DNA of 63,732 bases, filler included, from Cercozoa sp. M6MM (GCA_040357565.1; 11 parts of 11 records of this genome joined end to end with filler, not necessarily neighbours in it); one strand, 5' to 3'. Numbered from the whole stretch's first letter, positions 12,729 through 29,010 are shown. The notes: generated from the letters alone by a model not told the origin. Numbers and translations: made by a program.

Positions 12729-14343
12729 TGTATGTGTATGTGTGTGCGTGTGTGTGTAGATATGCAGTACCGTAGAGCAGACGCACGAGACGCATCTTGT
12801 TGCTGCGCAGCACGAGACCAGTGGTTCGCGTCAGCGCCGCCAGGTTCGGGTCGTGGTTGGCCTGTCCCAGTACGTCCACATAGACACAGACACAGACACA
12901 GACACAGACACAGACACAGACACAGACACAGACACAGACACAGACACAGACACACAGCACACACATGGGCACAGCCTCAGCTACCGTGACCGATGTGCGC
13001 GTTTCGTCGGCCGCCTGCTCTAGCTCGGCGATCTGCTGCGTCGCCACGGCCACACGAACCTGATGGAGGGGTAACAGGGGTAAAAGGTTTATGGGGACAA
13101 AAGGTTTATGGGGGTAAAAAACAGCCAGCTACCTGCAGCGCGTCGTGCGTGAGAATGAGATCGTTGACCTTCTCGCAGATGCGACGGAAGTCGTCCAGCA
13201 GCTCCTGCGTCGTCGCGCAGTCCGGCAAGAAGTCCCACTGCTCACACGCACAGGCACACGTGGTCACTCATCAGTGGTCACCGTGCGGTCCAGTAGTCAC
13301 ACTCAGGTAGCACGTGCACTACCTTCATCAACGACGCGTAGTCGAAATCAGCCAACATTTTGTCTACACTCAAGAAGGAGAGTAGAGCAAAGGTAAGGGG
13401 CAGAGGGGGGTAAAGATCTGTCCCTACCAGCATGAGTCGACGGGTCACGCAGGCCCTGCCAGCCCTGTAAACACACATATACACACACAACAAGTCAGTT
13501 GATGCGAGTGCCTCATTGCACATAAGGGGCAGGAACTTACCGCCTCAATGTTCTGCCAGCCGCCTTTGAAGTCATTGGCAGGCGCACGGATCAGCTCCCT
13601 GTACCCAATATTCAAATACCCAATCCACAAGGGGAAGACTACGAGGATAGGGGGGAACACGCACCAGTTGTCGACAAAGGTGTCCTGCTTGAAGCCCTGC
13701 CACTTCATGGCCTTGGTGGCCTGCAGCATGCCGCCCAGTGCCACGCCGACCGTACCAAAGCCGGTGAAGAGCGACACGGCGCTCATCGTGATGCCCAGCA
13801 CCTTCTTGAATGAGAGCTTGCTGGCCTGCTTGGCAAAGTAGTTGTTGATGGCCGCCTCGCAGGCCGACTTGCTGCCCTCGAGTTCCTGCAGCTGTTGTGT
13901 TTGCTGCCACTGCGCCTCCGACAGCTCTTCGCGTGTCGTCTGTTTTTGAGTACACCCACACACACACACACATGTATGTACGTACAAGGAGACACACTGG
14001 ATTAGACTACATCAATGTCGGCACGCGAGTGCACAATGTCCTCGCGGTAGCGCGCGATCTGCGCGTGTGCCTGCTGCACAATCATGCTGCCGTGCTCCAC
14101 AATGTACTTGCTGTCCAGCGCGTCGTCTAGCAAACGACGGTACCTGCCGCAGCACAGAAGAGTAAGCGGCACACACACACACGCGCACATGGAGATGGTA
14201 CTCAGTCTCGATCGCCGTGGTCTGCGAGGCCAGGTCGCGGATCGAGGACTTCAACTCCGACAGTCCAAGCAGGTAGATGTGGTCCCAGCGGTTGCCCCTG
14301 TACAATGCATTCGTACCCAAATCAATCACCAGAGTCAGTGTAT

Positions 14344-14391
<48 letters not shown>

Positions 14392-14401
14392 NNNNNNNNN
14401 N

Positions 14402-14451
<50 letters not shown>

Positions 14452-16802
14452 AACATACCACGGGTTCAGCAGCGACGACAGCTTGCCGAGTTCGCTCGTG
14501 GCAGTGCTGTGCAGCATCGAAACAGCCCATGAGTCGCCTTCCAGGTCGCCTTCCCTGCCCAACAACAGCAACAGAGGTATACATGCCTATTGTATACTCC
14601 AACTAGACCCCTTTTGGTATCAACGTACTTGGACTTGAGCTGCGAGCCAGGCGCAGTGAAGGTGGCGATCTCACCGAACAACTGCGCCGCCGTGTCCACA
14701 TGGCCCAGGATCTAAGCAGACAGAGGGAAGTGCCGTGTGTACAGTTGCGACAAAACACAACAGAGACAGCCTTACAAAGGCACGTTGGGCGGCGTGTTGC
14801 ACCATCCATAGCACCTGCAAGAAGGGGTAAAGGGGGTGTGGATGAGGGGCCAAAGAGCAGCGCACCTCGACTGACATCTCGTCACGGAAGTCCTCAAGCG
14901 GCACCACAGTCTTATCCATGAGACCAGTTTCGCCCTGTGCAAACAAGTCTCTCAGTACACTACATGCTGAGGCAAAGGTATTTGAACTAAATGCTGAGGT
15001 ACCTTGCTGGCCGGTGCGCCAGCTGCGGCCGGTGCACCTACAACAGCATGGAAGAGGTAGCAAGGGAGTGTCATGAAATCAAGGGGCAGACAGAAAGAAG
15101 GGGATACCGTTGGGACCAGCAGGACCGTTCGGAGCACGTCTGTTCAAAGCAAGGAGGTAGAGCAGATCGAGTTGGAGACACACAAGGCAACACAGGCAGT
15201 AGCGAGAGGTACGGGCCCTTGCACTTTCGACCGCCAAAGGTCTTCTTCTTGCACTTGCTATCGCCACCGGCACCGCCCGGACCACCCGGGGCTGCAGCTC
15301 CAGGAACGCCGCCGACACCAGGCTCACCCTGCCAGGGAGAGGATGGGGTGGGATAGTTTACACACAGCAAGGAAGGAAGAACGGATGTGCAGTGAGACAT
15401 ACACCATCGGACAGCACTTGGAAGTACTCGAGTGCGTCCTCTTGCGGCACCTTGATGACGATGTCACCGCCCTACATATCACACACAGACATAGACATAG
15501 ACACATAGGCATAAACATATACAGAGTAACTCTGGTGAGGAAAAGGGCGGGAGAGAGTCAGTACCTTGCCACCAGCACCGCCATTGCCACCGGCACCAGC
15601 GTTGCCACCGGCGCCACCTGCGCCGCCGTTCGGGTCGCCATTGCATTTGCAGACACCGGCGCGACCGGGTGCGCCGGCGGCACCGTTACCACCGTGCTGC
15701 AGGCAGGAGAATCACAAGACGGGGTGTATCAAGAAGGAAAGTCGCACCTGACCCATCTGGCCATTCTGACCACGCGAGATGACACGCACGACGTCGTCGC
15801 TCTTGTCATTCTCACGCTTCACGTGTAGACTGAACAAACGATATGAATAGGGAGACAGAGGGAAAAAATCAAAGGTAGAGGGTAGAGTACGCATGGATCT
15901 CGACGCGACAGCCATTAAGACCGGCCTTGCCGTCCTTGCCGGCGTGTCCGTGCTCGCCAAAGTCGACGCCATTGTGCGCCGGCCTGTCTCCAGGAGGGTA
16001 GGGTAGGAAAAGGAAAGCGTAGGGGATAGGGGTAAATTGAATAAAAGTAGACGATTGTACGGCAGCTGCGGATCGTTGTCGACAGCAGATACGTCGATTT
16101 CGACACCACCTGGGAGGGGGGGGGGGGTAAATCTCGAGGGTATACGAGTACATGTTATCTGAGGTACCTTCGCCAATGACGAGCGAGTGCGCCACAATGC
16201 GAACATCCGTGACTTGTGGGATTTTGCCTGCCGCAAAGTGTTGGGGTTAAGGGACACACGACAAGCAAGCAAGTAGGAGGTGTACCCAGCTCGCCCTTGT
16301 CGTGCAATGCATTGCAACGGAAGTTCTGCTTGCCGCGCAGAGTGAGCGACGCCACCTCGACTGTGCAGAGCAGGTTTATGCGAGGTACAAAGGAAGGCAG
16401 AAACTAACGCACCGGTCAAACGCTTGGACGGGTCCACAATGGCACTCGCCAAATCGAGGTCGAACTCGGCAGCCAAGAGCTCGACTACAGATGGGGGGTA
16501 TTGGGGTATTGGGTATCGGGGGGGGGTCAGAACAGCAGAGGAGAAGCGAACCATAGTCAGGGCCCTTAAGAAACTGCCATTCGTCTTCGACGACGCTCTT
16601 GGGCTCGACGAAGGACATCATGGCGCGCGACTGCACGGGCATGCCCTCGCCACGCACAATGGACGTGCTCTGCGTCGACGTATTGGCAGTCACGCTGCCA
16701 AGCAGCGCTGCAAGGCTTACGACGCCTACGGGAAACGCCGCACACATATCTCAAAAGTCACAAAAAGGAGCAAACAAGTCGTGTACCATGCAGCAGTTTC
16801 AT
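10944..16802 (-). CDS. Large type-I membrane protein: signal peptide, Gly-rich repeats, coiled coils around a hydrophobic hairpin, beta-rich domain, Pro linker, TM helix (pore-forming-toxin-like architecture)
   Basis: MKLLHGVVSLAALLGSVTA (spliced start at 16802); GGNGAAGAPG..GGAGGK-GGDIVIKV; VLGITMSAVSLFTGFGTVGVALGGML between helical regions; TM LYYVAAGAVVIMLVATLTAMCA followed by RR; stop at 10944. Gene existence is well supported, function is inferred. Confidence 0.75.
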
Positions 16803-17341
16803 GCGTCCTTTTAATACGCTTTCTTTGCTTGTTGCAGAAAATCGGGGACGCGAAGGGAATAATAAAAGAGGCGCCGGTTCAGCACGCCTTTCCTTGAGGC
16901 CACCGGTGAACACTCACACAGGAGGTGAGAGCACGGATTTACGCGAGACTAAAGAGTCGCACAGAAGATGCACAGATCGCGGCCCAGACAAAAAAAAACG
17001 CCTGTCCTTAGATCTGCACAACACTGGCCGCTCAACCTAAGTGCGTACTGTTCCAATACAAGAACAGTGCACCAGAAGTGAGATTCGAGAGTGCGATTCG
17101 TGTGTGTTGGTCTTTTGACGTAGTCAACTCGTACTGCTCGCGATCGGATCTGATCGGGTGCGAAATTTGGGGTTTGATGATTCGAGAACTCGAGCGGAAG
17201 CCATTCCGTGAATACAGCACAGTACGAGTATTATTCATTGAAATTTCTGCCTGCAGCTACTGTGTCGATGTTCAGTTGGAATGTACTGTCGTATTTGAAT
17301 AATAAGACCATTAATCGTATTTGAAATAAATTAATAAGACT

Positions 17342-18851
17342 ATGATTGTTCCCCGATCGACCACCAATCGTCGCAACGCAGCACTGCAGTAGGGCGTGCT
17401 CGCCCGTGCTTGTCTTCTATGCCGCGAAACCGGTTGCAGAAGAGGCCGAAAGGGCAGCTATCGCTTTTGTCAACGTTCGCGCCAAAAAAACGAGTCGAGA
17501 AACGCGGTGTAGTTTTTGCTGTGAAATTACCCCTGCCAAAGGAAGTGTTGATACCACTGCTCCGGAGCAGGGCAAAAAACAGGTGCTCATTGATCTAACG
17601 AACGAAACCAGCGAAGCAGAAGCCACAGACGCGCCAAGCAGAAGACATGCACAACCTCCGCGACAGAAAGCAGAGCATCCATTGCTGCGAGTGCTGGGAC
17701 GGGCGCGGAGGCCACAACACTCGGTGCCAGGCTTCGCCATCTGCGAGGACTTCATAACGCCCGAGGAGGAGCAGGAACTCTTCCACGCTGTACCTTACAT
17801 TTAAACTTATTTTTCTGTCTGTGTGCGACCAAAACCTGGTACAGTGCAGGCGACACGGCCGTTGGCAGAACAAACCTGATGGCGACACAGGCAGAAGAAT
17901 GTATGGTTTCTTCCGTCTTTTACAAGAGAGCTGGGAATGTGATGAATGGGTCCAATTTGATGCAGGTGGGAGTTCGGCCCGCCGGTGGACAAGGCGTATC
18001 GAGTGACAATCGACCCGTCCGAGTTCCCACCGTTGCCTGCCTTTGTGACGGAGCCTCTGCTGGGGGTACCTGTATCTCTTGTTTCTAAGTCACTTAGCTC
18101 ATCAGGTAGCCCTGAGGATCGTATACTGACAGACAGAGCCACTGCTGGACCGAATCGTCGCATGGTGCACCAAGGAGAGAATCATGGAGCGAGCGCGTCG
18201 AGTGAAGCGCCTGCCCGATCGACCACTCTACTTTGACTCGATCTTTGTCAATGGTTCCACTTGCCCACACTCTGTGATCGATCGTTGTTTTCTGTTATGC
18301 CTGTGTATGGAGGACAGAGTACATCCCTGGCGCAGGGCTGCACTTCCACGCTGACAGACGCGACGCTTTCGAAGAACTCATCGTGTACAGAAAGCTGCAT
18401 ACTTTCATCTGCCTCAGTTTTGTACTTCTCATACAGCTTTGTATGCAGTGCTGTGTCCCTGGGTGCCGACACGCACATCACCTTTCGTCCCATCAATGCC
18501 AAAGGTGGCGTCCAAACTGTTCACATTCCCCTTCCTCGCCGTTCATTGGTACACTCACGAGAATCCAAGACCAATGAGTGTACACGGTACACTTTACAGT
18601 GGGTGATGACGGGATCCGCGCGGTACAACTTTGAGCACGGTATCGATGCGGCGACCTTGAAACTCAACGCTCCTTGCACACGCGACTACGCCAACGGCAC
18701 GCGCGTCTCAATAACCTTTCGTGCAGTACGTCGCACGCACGCTCGGCCTCCCAGACGTGATCCGACTCAGCAAACTCTCCGCACGTCAAGCACACTGAAA
18801 AAAACGGAAAAACTCGACTCGATGGATGGGACAAACTCCTTAAATCCGTGA
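17342..18851 (+). CDS. AlkB-family 2OG-Fe(II) dioxygenase (start uncertain)
   Basis: VPGFAICEDFITPEEEQEL; VNEYIPGAGLHFHAD (HxD); VSLGA; LPRRSL.VMTGSARYNFEHGI; RVSITFR. Confidence 0.9.
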
Positions 18852-19053
18852 ACTATTCCGGTGTTAAGTTGGACAGCTCAGCTATCCGATCGGTACGGTA
18901 ATTTACCTGCGTGATGCACAGCCGGCCAGTCGTCCACGTGACTTATTGTCGAGAGCGGCAAAACGGGAGCTGTGTGGCCCTTCGCTAAGACATGGTAGGA
19001 GCATACAACTCCCCTTTTGACGCAGACACCGAAGTCGATAGTGTGCAGGGGAA

Positions 19054-19084
19054 GGGAACTACTTAGAAAAAACTCAACTAACTA
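19054..19084 (-). repeat. Dispersed intergenic motif B, copy 1
   Basis: Reverse complement TAGTTAGTTGAG-tttttt-CTAAGTAGTTCCC; both arms identical to those at 39928-39960. Confidence 0.85.
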
Positions 19085-19205
19085 CCTAAGTCCACGTGAC
19101 TTACCGTAGAGCAGCCTCACGTGTCGTGGACTCAACCGGTCTCAACTTACGTCAGACTTTCAAAAAATACAGTCGGTTGTTCAGCAGTTTAAAAGTTCGG
19201 CGGAG

Positions 19206-19744
19206 TCACTTCGGGCCGAGTTTGAGCCCAAACGGATCGGAGGGAGGCGCCTTCTCCTGCTCGTGCTGCTGACTGATCTCGGCATGCATCTTGCCGAGTT
19301 GTTGTCGCTGCTCGGCGCTAAAGTCCTCGGCTACGTCGAGTTGGATCGCCTGACCGAGTGGCACGTCCTCTCCGCCACTGCGGCGGAAGCGATCGCTGTC
19401 GCCGAACGCGGCCCTGCCACCTTTCTGGGCCTCGGCGAGTGCCTCGATCTGCTCGGCCGTCTGCGTGAGGTAGGCGTTCCATGCCGCAAAGAACTGTCGC
19501 GACTGCTCTTCGTTCATACGCTTCCAGTTCTCACGGAATTCGTGCTTCTGCGCAGGCTCAGAACGAAGCCCCACAACACAATACTCGTTGGGTGTTGCTG
19601 TACCGCCATCTGATCGCCCAACCGACGAAACTGAGTTGGCATGTGTCGGTGCAGTCGCAGGATGTGCCGGTACAAGTGCACATACGCCTCGTCCGTGCTC
19701 AGCACGCGAGCTGTGTCGCCCGCACGGGCGGTCACTGCGGACAT
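19206..19744 (-). CDS. SDHAF3: Succinate dehydrogenase assembly factor 3 (ACN9, LYR family), 2 exons
   Basis: LYRHILRLHRHMPTQFRRLGDQMA/KHEFRENW..QFFAAWNAY..LGQAI..DFSAEQRQQL. Confidence 0.85.
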
Positions 19745-20456
19745 TCTGGTATTGAAACTGATTTGCGAGATATGGCTACATAGTTACCTGGACGAAAGTA
19801 TGACATTGGTGCACGCGCTGGCGCTTGAGTTTCGCAGCTACTGTACTACAAACTGTGGTTTTGGCACCCCCTTTAAGAAAATTATCTGTACGGCAGACGG
19901 TACGGCAGTACCGCGGTGTTTGGTCGCTTTCCAATAATTTCTCTGCGGAGGTGTGAGCACACGTGCGGTCAACACGTGAACACGCTGCCTGGTAGTAAGA
20001 TGTTCAATGGCTCGCGGCACAGAGGGGAGATCAGCAGCGCTATCACGATTTGTGCGCCTGCAGGCGCTGAGCTGGCACGGGTGCGAGTAAAGTGCATCAG
20101 AGCTGTTAAACTTTCTTGTTTTTGGCAGCACAGTGGCCAACAGCGAGCGCACTTTTTTGTTCTTGCGATCAGTATTTTTCGATCTTTTCTCAAACTTGCT
20201 GTGCTTCCTTGCGAGCCAGCCAACCAAAGTTGATCAGCATAAATCTGAAAGATTAATTTTGTCACTTTTCCGGTTCCCGCCTCGTTCTGCTTGGATGAAA
20301 GCTGCTTGTACCGATCAATGTAATGTGCGCAGTGATCAACCGACCTGTACCGACGTTGATTCTTTCTTCGATCCGTCGGTTAGAGGTGTGTGACTCTGCC
20401 TTGCTCGTCCTTGCTCCAGTCTCCCAGTTGTCTACCCCCATGCTGCGTTGTGTAGA

Positions 20457-20982
20457 ATGGCCGACATCATCAAGCCGGTGCATCGGCGCAAGAAGCTCAG
20501 CGAGGACGCTGAGGGTCCGCACGCTGCGCTGCTTGGCAACTCGTCGCTCAATGTAGCTGCTCTTGTTTTCTTTACCCCCCCCCCCCCCTACCACCCGTGT
20601 TATCCTCCATGTTACCCGGGCAGCGTTCTCCACAGGATGCGCACATGCCGGACGAGGAGGCCGGCGGCCAAGGCGGTGAGCAGGAGGCGCCGCAGCGTCC
20701 TTACCGTCCGCGCTCACTGACGCAGGACAGCACGGTGTCGCTGGGCGCTGAGCCGGACCTCGGCACGGGCTGGAAGCGCGTCTACAAGGAGTTCACGCGG
20801 TCGGCGTGGGTGACGAACTTTATGGGCACGGCGCCGCTGTGGTACAAGCTCGTGATGGTGATCTTCCTGCTCGTGAACATCCCGGTGGCGCTCACCAACA
20901 AGACCGTCGGCGGCTGGCTCGTCGTGGGCGAATTCATCTTCACGCTGGCCATGGCGCTGGACTGCTACCCGCTGCAGCCTGG
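20457..20982 (+). CDS. nhaB: NhaB-type Na+/H+ antiporter, N-terminal part (truncated)
   Basis: NFMGTAPLWYKLVMVIFLLVN..GWLVVGEFIFTLAMALDCYPLQPG matches the characteristic NhaB N-terminus (NFLG..P.WYKL..GWLLV.EFIFTLAMALKCYPL.PG). Confidence 0.9.
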
Positions 20983-20995
20983 TGCATCTCTATAT

Positions 20996-21049
<54 letters not shown>

Positions 21050-21877
21050 NNNNNNNNNNNNNNNNNNNNNNNNNNNNNNNNNNNNNNNNNNNNTTAATTA
21101 ATTAANNNNNNNNNNNNNNNNNNNNNNNNNNNNNNNNNNNNNNNNNNNNGGGGGCTTCCAAGCCACCCTTAGTGCACCCTGGCCGAGGCCGGTGTACTAT
21201 ATGCACACACGGAATACACTTAGAGCAGCTAAGACAAAAGAAAACCTTGTTCATCCACGTACTTGTACCCACCCACTGTGGCACTTAATCCTGATCGCCA
21301 AAACATCGTTGTCGAACTCACCGGGAATAGTTTAGGTGGTGTGCTTATAAATTTTGCGCACAGTCCACCTTGAGTCAAACGGGTTTCTCGCAGAGCTCTG
21401 AGCCCAGCCAGTGTTGTCAACTGTTCTCGCCGGATACATCATCGCTAATTCACCACGTTATGTCTCGTACACAGGAGAGCTGCAGACGCGTGCTTAGTGC
21501 CTCTGAGTTACGAAGAGGACTGCCATGTGGGCCGGTCCCCCAATGGCCGGCCTGCTCCCGTGACATCTGCAGCCCACCAAGTATTTGGTTTTAATTTTTT
21601 TGGAAACGACAGACCTGCAGTTCTATGCTGATAGTTAAGGTCAATAACACAATTAAAGCACAACACAGAGCCCATCAGACAATTAAATACGCGCAGTATG
21701 CATTGTCTGTTTCTTTTTTGTACTGTAGCCAACCTTAAGGAGAGCCAATCCTTCATAGAGGTCTAACACGTGCATTTCGCCTGCCATAGTGTTTGATAGT
21801 ACGTGAACACGCTTGGGCACACTGCTTAGTCATATCAGAAAGGGAAGACGCAGACCGATCAACCACGTGTGACACAA

Positions 21878-25525
<3,648 letters not shown>

Positions 25526-26965
25526 TGGTGGTTTACTGACTCGGGTTGCGCCGGGTGTGTCGCTTCGGTTGTTTGTTCCAACAAGGACCTGATTTTGCTT
25601 GTCAGACGTAAGCTTTGTTACTGTCAACATCAAACAACCTACTCGGCTGACTACTTGCTCCGCGTGGAAGCAACTATCAGTCATGCTAAAACAGAATTGA
25701 AGTGTTTTGTAAGGTTGAGAGCTGGTAACCTAACAATTGAGTGCTGCCCAGCTTGGCATATCCTGTGTTTGGTAGAGTGGCGAGCAGCTTGAAACTGCTG
25801 CAAGAATTGAATAAAGGCCCTCTTTCCAATATACCAGGTACCTCAAGGGATGCTGTACTAGTTGACACCAAAGCAACTGACTTGCTGTAGCTTGAGCAGG
25901 CAAGGGTTTTCTTCAACAGCTTACCGTACGGTAAGGCAGTCAACAGCACTAACCCCGGTTTCCGTTGAAGCCGTCTCTCAAAGCCTGACCCATGACACGC
26001 CTTAATTTTTTTATTTGCTTTTACGAAGTACGTTATGTCGTTATTACTGTAATACCTAAGGAGGACTTCATCTTGGGCTGGCGTTGCCCCGTCTCCGGTC
26101 CACATTTCACCCCTCCGAGACTCGCATTCGCATTTTTTGACGTTTTTCAATCATAGATAAATTTACATGCGTTTGCATTAATCACCTGTCACAGAGCATG
26201 GTAGATTTCAAACTAAAGGGACAGTAAAGCCTTAGTACCGACGGTCTCCTAAAGATAGTTCAAAGTGTTCGGAGGTGTGCGGTCGGGCGTGGAAGTCGTT
26301 GAACTTGACTGACTCCATGGCTTGTGCGTGATGCTCACGGAGCAGTCTACACGACACAACATGTGCACGATGAATAAAAGTGCGGGAAACGTCCGCAAAA
26401 AAAAATGCACATGCCGGCAAGCGCATGCAACTGACGGAGGTCGTCATCCAGCACCAAAAACTTGCGAACATGCGAGTTATGTCATAACCCGCACCGTAAA
26501 GTTGACAGTCTACACGCACGAGCTCTCGACATGGATCAGGGCAGGCAGTGTACCCGCGGTTCGTCCTCTTGTTCTTGGTGAGACTTGACACACTCGGCTA
26601 GTTGTGACTGAAGTGCTGTCGAGCTAAACTTAGTTACGAGTTGTTTTTGTGCCATTTGCCACAAAATCGCAGCCACATACGACAGTGCTAGTAGTAGTTA
26701 TGTCACGGCATAGCGTTTCTCAACCAGTCAAGTTGTCATCTGACTACTCGTCAGCGCGGACAATCAAATCTGAACCACTCTTCTCCAGCTTCCTTCTACG
26801 GAGCTCTTGTCCCTTCGCACTACGTTCTGCCGTGATAGTGCTTGGGCTGTTCTTTTAATTGCCACCAACAAGCCTTCGAGCTTTCGACGACCTTTTCTAC
26901 AAGGGTATGTCTTCTAAATTAATCATCCGCATCGACGCCATTCTAACTGACGTATTTCGTTTAGT

Positions 26966-27005
26966 CGTCTTCAATACCTTAGTTACTGGTTTCCATACCG
27001 TAACA
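26966..27005 (+). repeat. Dispersed intergenic motif A, copy 2
   Basis: CGTCTTCAATACCTTAGTTACTGGTTTCCATACCGTAACA; differs from 10709-10747 by one indel and one substitution. Confidence 0.9.
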
Positions 27006-27244
27006 GAGACCGAACTGAAACGAAATGTGACGGAACCGAAGCCGAACTGACGAGGCGTGAGGGTAAAACGAAAGAAAACAAAGAAACAAAAACTAGGAGT
27101 GTAGGGTAGCGTGATAGATCGAATGACATGGTGTGTGTGCGTGTGTGAGTATTAGTGTGACTGCTGTGGCATGCGTGTGAGTGCAAAAAGAGTGTTCTTA
27201 AGGGAGTGCCGGTGTGTCCGTATGTCCAGTGTGTAGCCAGCTGC

Positions 27245-27382
27245 CTACAGGTCAGGCACGAAGCGTCGCAAGTGCTGCCGAATCTGCGGCGGCAGCGACT
27301 CAAACGGCGCCGAGCCCATGTGTCCGCGCATGAGTCGCAGCAGCTCCTGACACGGCTGTCGCACCTGGTCCGGGCACGCGTT
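27245..27382 (-). CDS. Terminal exon of a helical protein, possibly importin-beta/transportin-like
   Basis: NACPDQVRQPCQELLRLMRGHMGSAPFESLPPQIRQHLRRFVPDL-stop after a CAG acceptor; family assignment is weak. Confidence 0.4.
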   Translation of the reverse strand, partial: NACPDQVRQPCQELLRLMRGHMGSAPFESLPPQIRQHLRRFVPDL

Positions 27383-27568
27383 CTGCCCGGGCGGGGGGGG
27401 GGGGGGGGTAAACGGGGGCAACGGCACTCCCGTAAGANNNNNNNNNNNNNNNNNNNNNNNNNNNNNNNNNNNNNNNNNNNNTTAATTAATTAANNNNNNN
27501 NNNNNNNNNNNNNNNNNNNNNNNNNNNNNNNNNNNNNCCCTACCTACCCCCTACCCCCTACCTCTCAG

Positions 27569-29010
27569 TTGGCCGAGCTGCGCGAGTCGCAGCGTCGTTT
27601 GGCCGGTCGCGACTCGGCAGCCGACAAGGAGGTGTGTGACACGTGTGTGTGTAGACCGACTGATCTATCACGTGTGGTCATTGGGTGGTCACTGATCGAT
27701 CACTGATCTATAACTGTATGTGTGTGTGTGTGGTCAGGTGAGTCGTCTCAAGTCGCTGCTCGAGAAGGAACGCGCCGACAAGAAAACGCTGCAGCGCGAG
27801 TCGGACGAAAAGGTACCACTGCGCACACGTGTCGCACTCTGACTCACTGACCCACTCACTGACTGGGTGACTGACTGGGTGACCATGTGTCCCACTGACT
27901 GATTGCGTGACTGAGTGACTGTGACCACGTGCACGTGTCAGGTGCGCCAACTGGAGGCACAGGTGGCCTCTCTGACGCGTCAACTCGCCGAGGCTCGTTC
28001 GGCGCCACCTGCCGGTAGGGGGGGGGGGAAAGGGGGGAAAGGGGGGTCCGGGTAAAGGGGGGGTAAAGACACACGACCACGTGAGCAGTCGCTGCGGCAG
28101 GTGCACCGCCTCCGACTGTCCCAGGTACCTCAGTCACTCAGTGTGGTCACTCAGTGTGCCACGTGGCCACTCTGTCAGTCTGTCAGTGTGTGCGTGTGCG
28201 TGTGTGTGTGTGACATGTGGTCACTGTGTGACTCTTGTGTGTAGTGCCTGCTGCCGCTCCGCCGGCTGCTGCGCCGCCTCTGGCTGGTATACCCCCTTTT
28301 ACCCCCCCTCCCATTGCCCCCTTCACCCCCTCCCTCCAGGCGCACCGCCTCCGCTGGCAGCTGCGCCGCCTCCGATGGCTGCTGCTGTACCTTGTCGTTT
28401 TGTTAAGGGAGAGTCCGGTCTGTACTTGGGTGTCCTGTCTGTACCTGAGTCCATTTGTACCGTCCATTTAGGCTCCGACTCCGCGACGTCCCGGTGGCCT
28501 CGGCGCTCTTGTATCCTACTTTTTCCCCCCCCCCCCCCCCTGTTCCCACCTTAACCCCTCCCCCTCTTGCAGATGGGCGGCGGTGGCGCCGGCGGCGGCC
28601 GCGGCGATCTGCTGGCCGCACTGCGCTCCGGCAAGAAACTCAAAAAGGCCGTACCTCCGCAGCCTTAATAAAACACACTCCCTTAATTAATTAAGGGACA
28701 GAATGTAGCCATTTTCTTCTGTTGTCCTGTGCAGTCGGAGCGCAAGGTGGCCGACAAAAAGCCCGAGCCAAAGAGTGCGGCCGCCAAGAAGTATGGCCAT
28801 CTTTCCTTTCACCCCCTGCCCCTACCCTTACCCCCTACCCCCTAGGATCGGCGGCGGTGGCATGGGAGGCGGCATGATGAATCTCGCTCAGATCGTACGT
28901 CTTGCCTCCCTCCCCCTGGTCCGTGTTGCATGTACTGTGTATGCCAGGCGGCCCAACGCGCCGCTGCTCGTCGCAAGCGCATGGCCGAGAGCGGCACCAA
29001 GCTACCCTAG
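27569..29010 (+). CDS. Coiled-coil, polyproline and WH2 actin-binding protein, 3' part
   Basis: VSRLKSLLEKERADKK coiled coil, several APPP exons, WH2 motif GRGDLLAALRSGKKLKKA; TAG at 29010. Confidence 0.8.
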
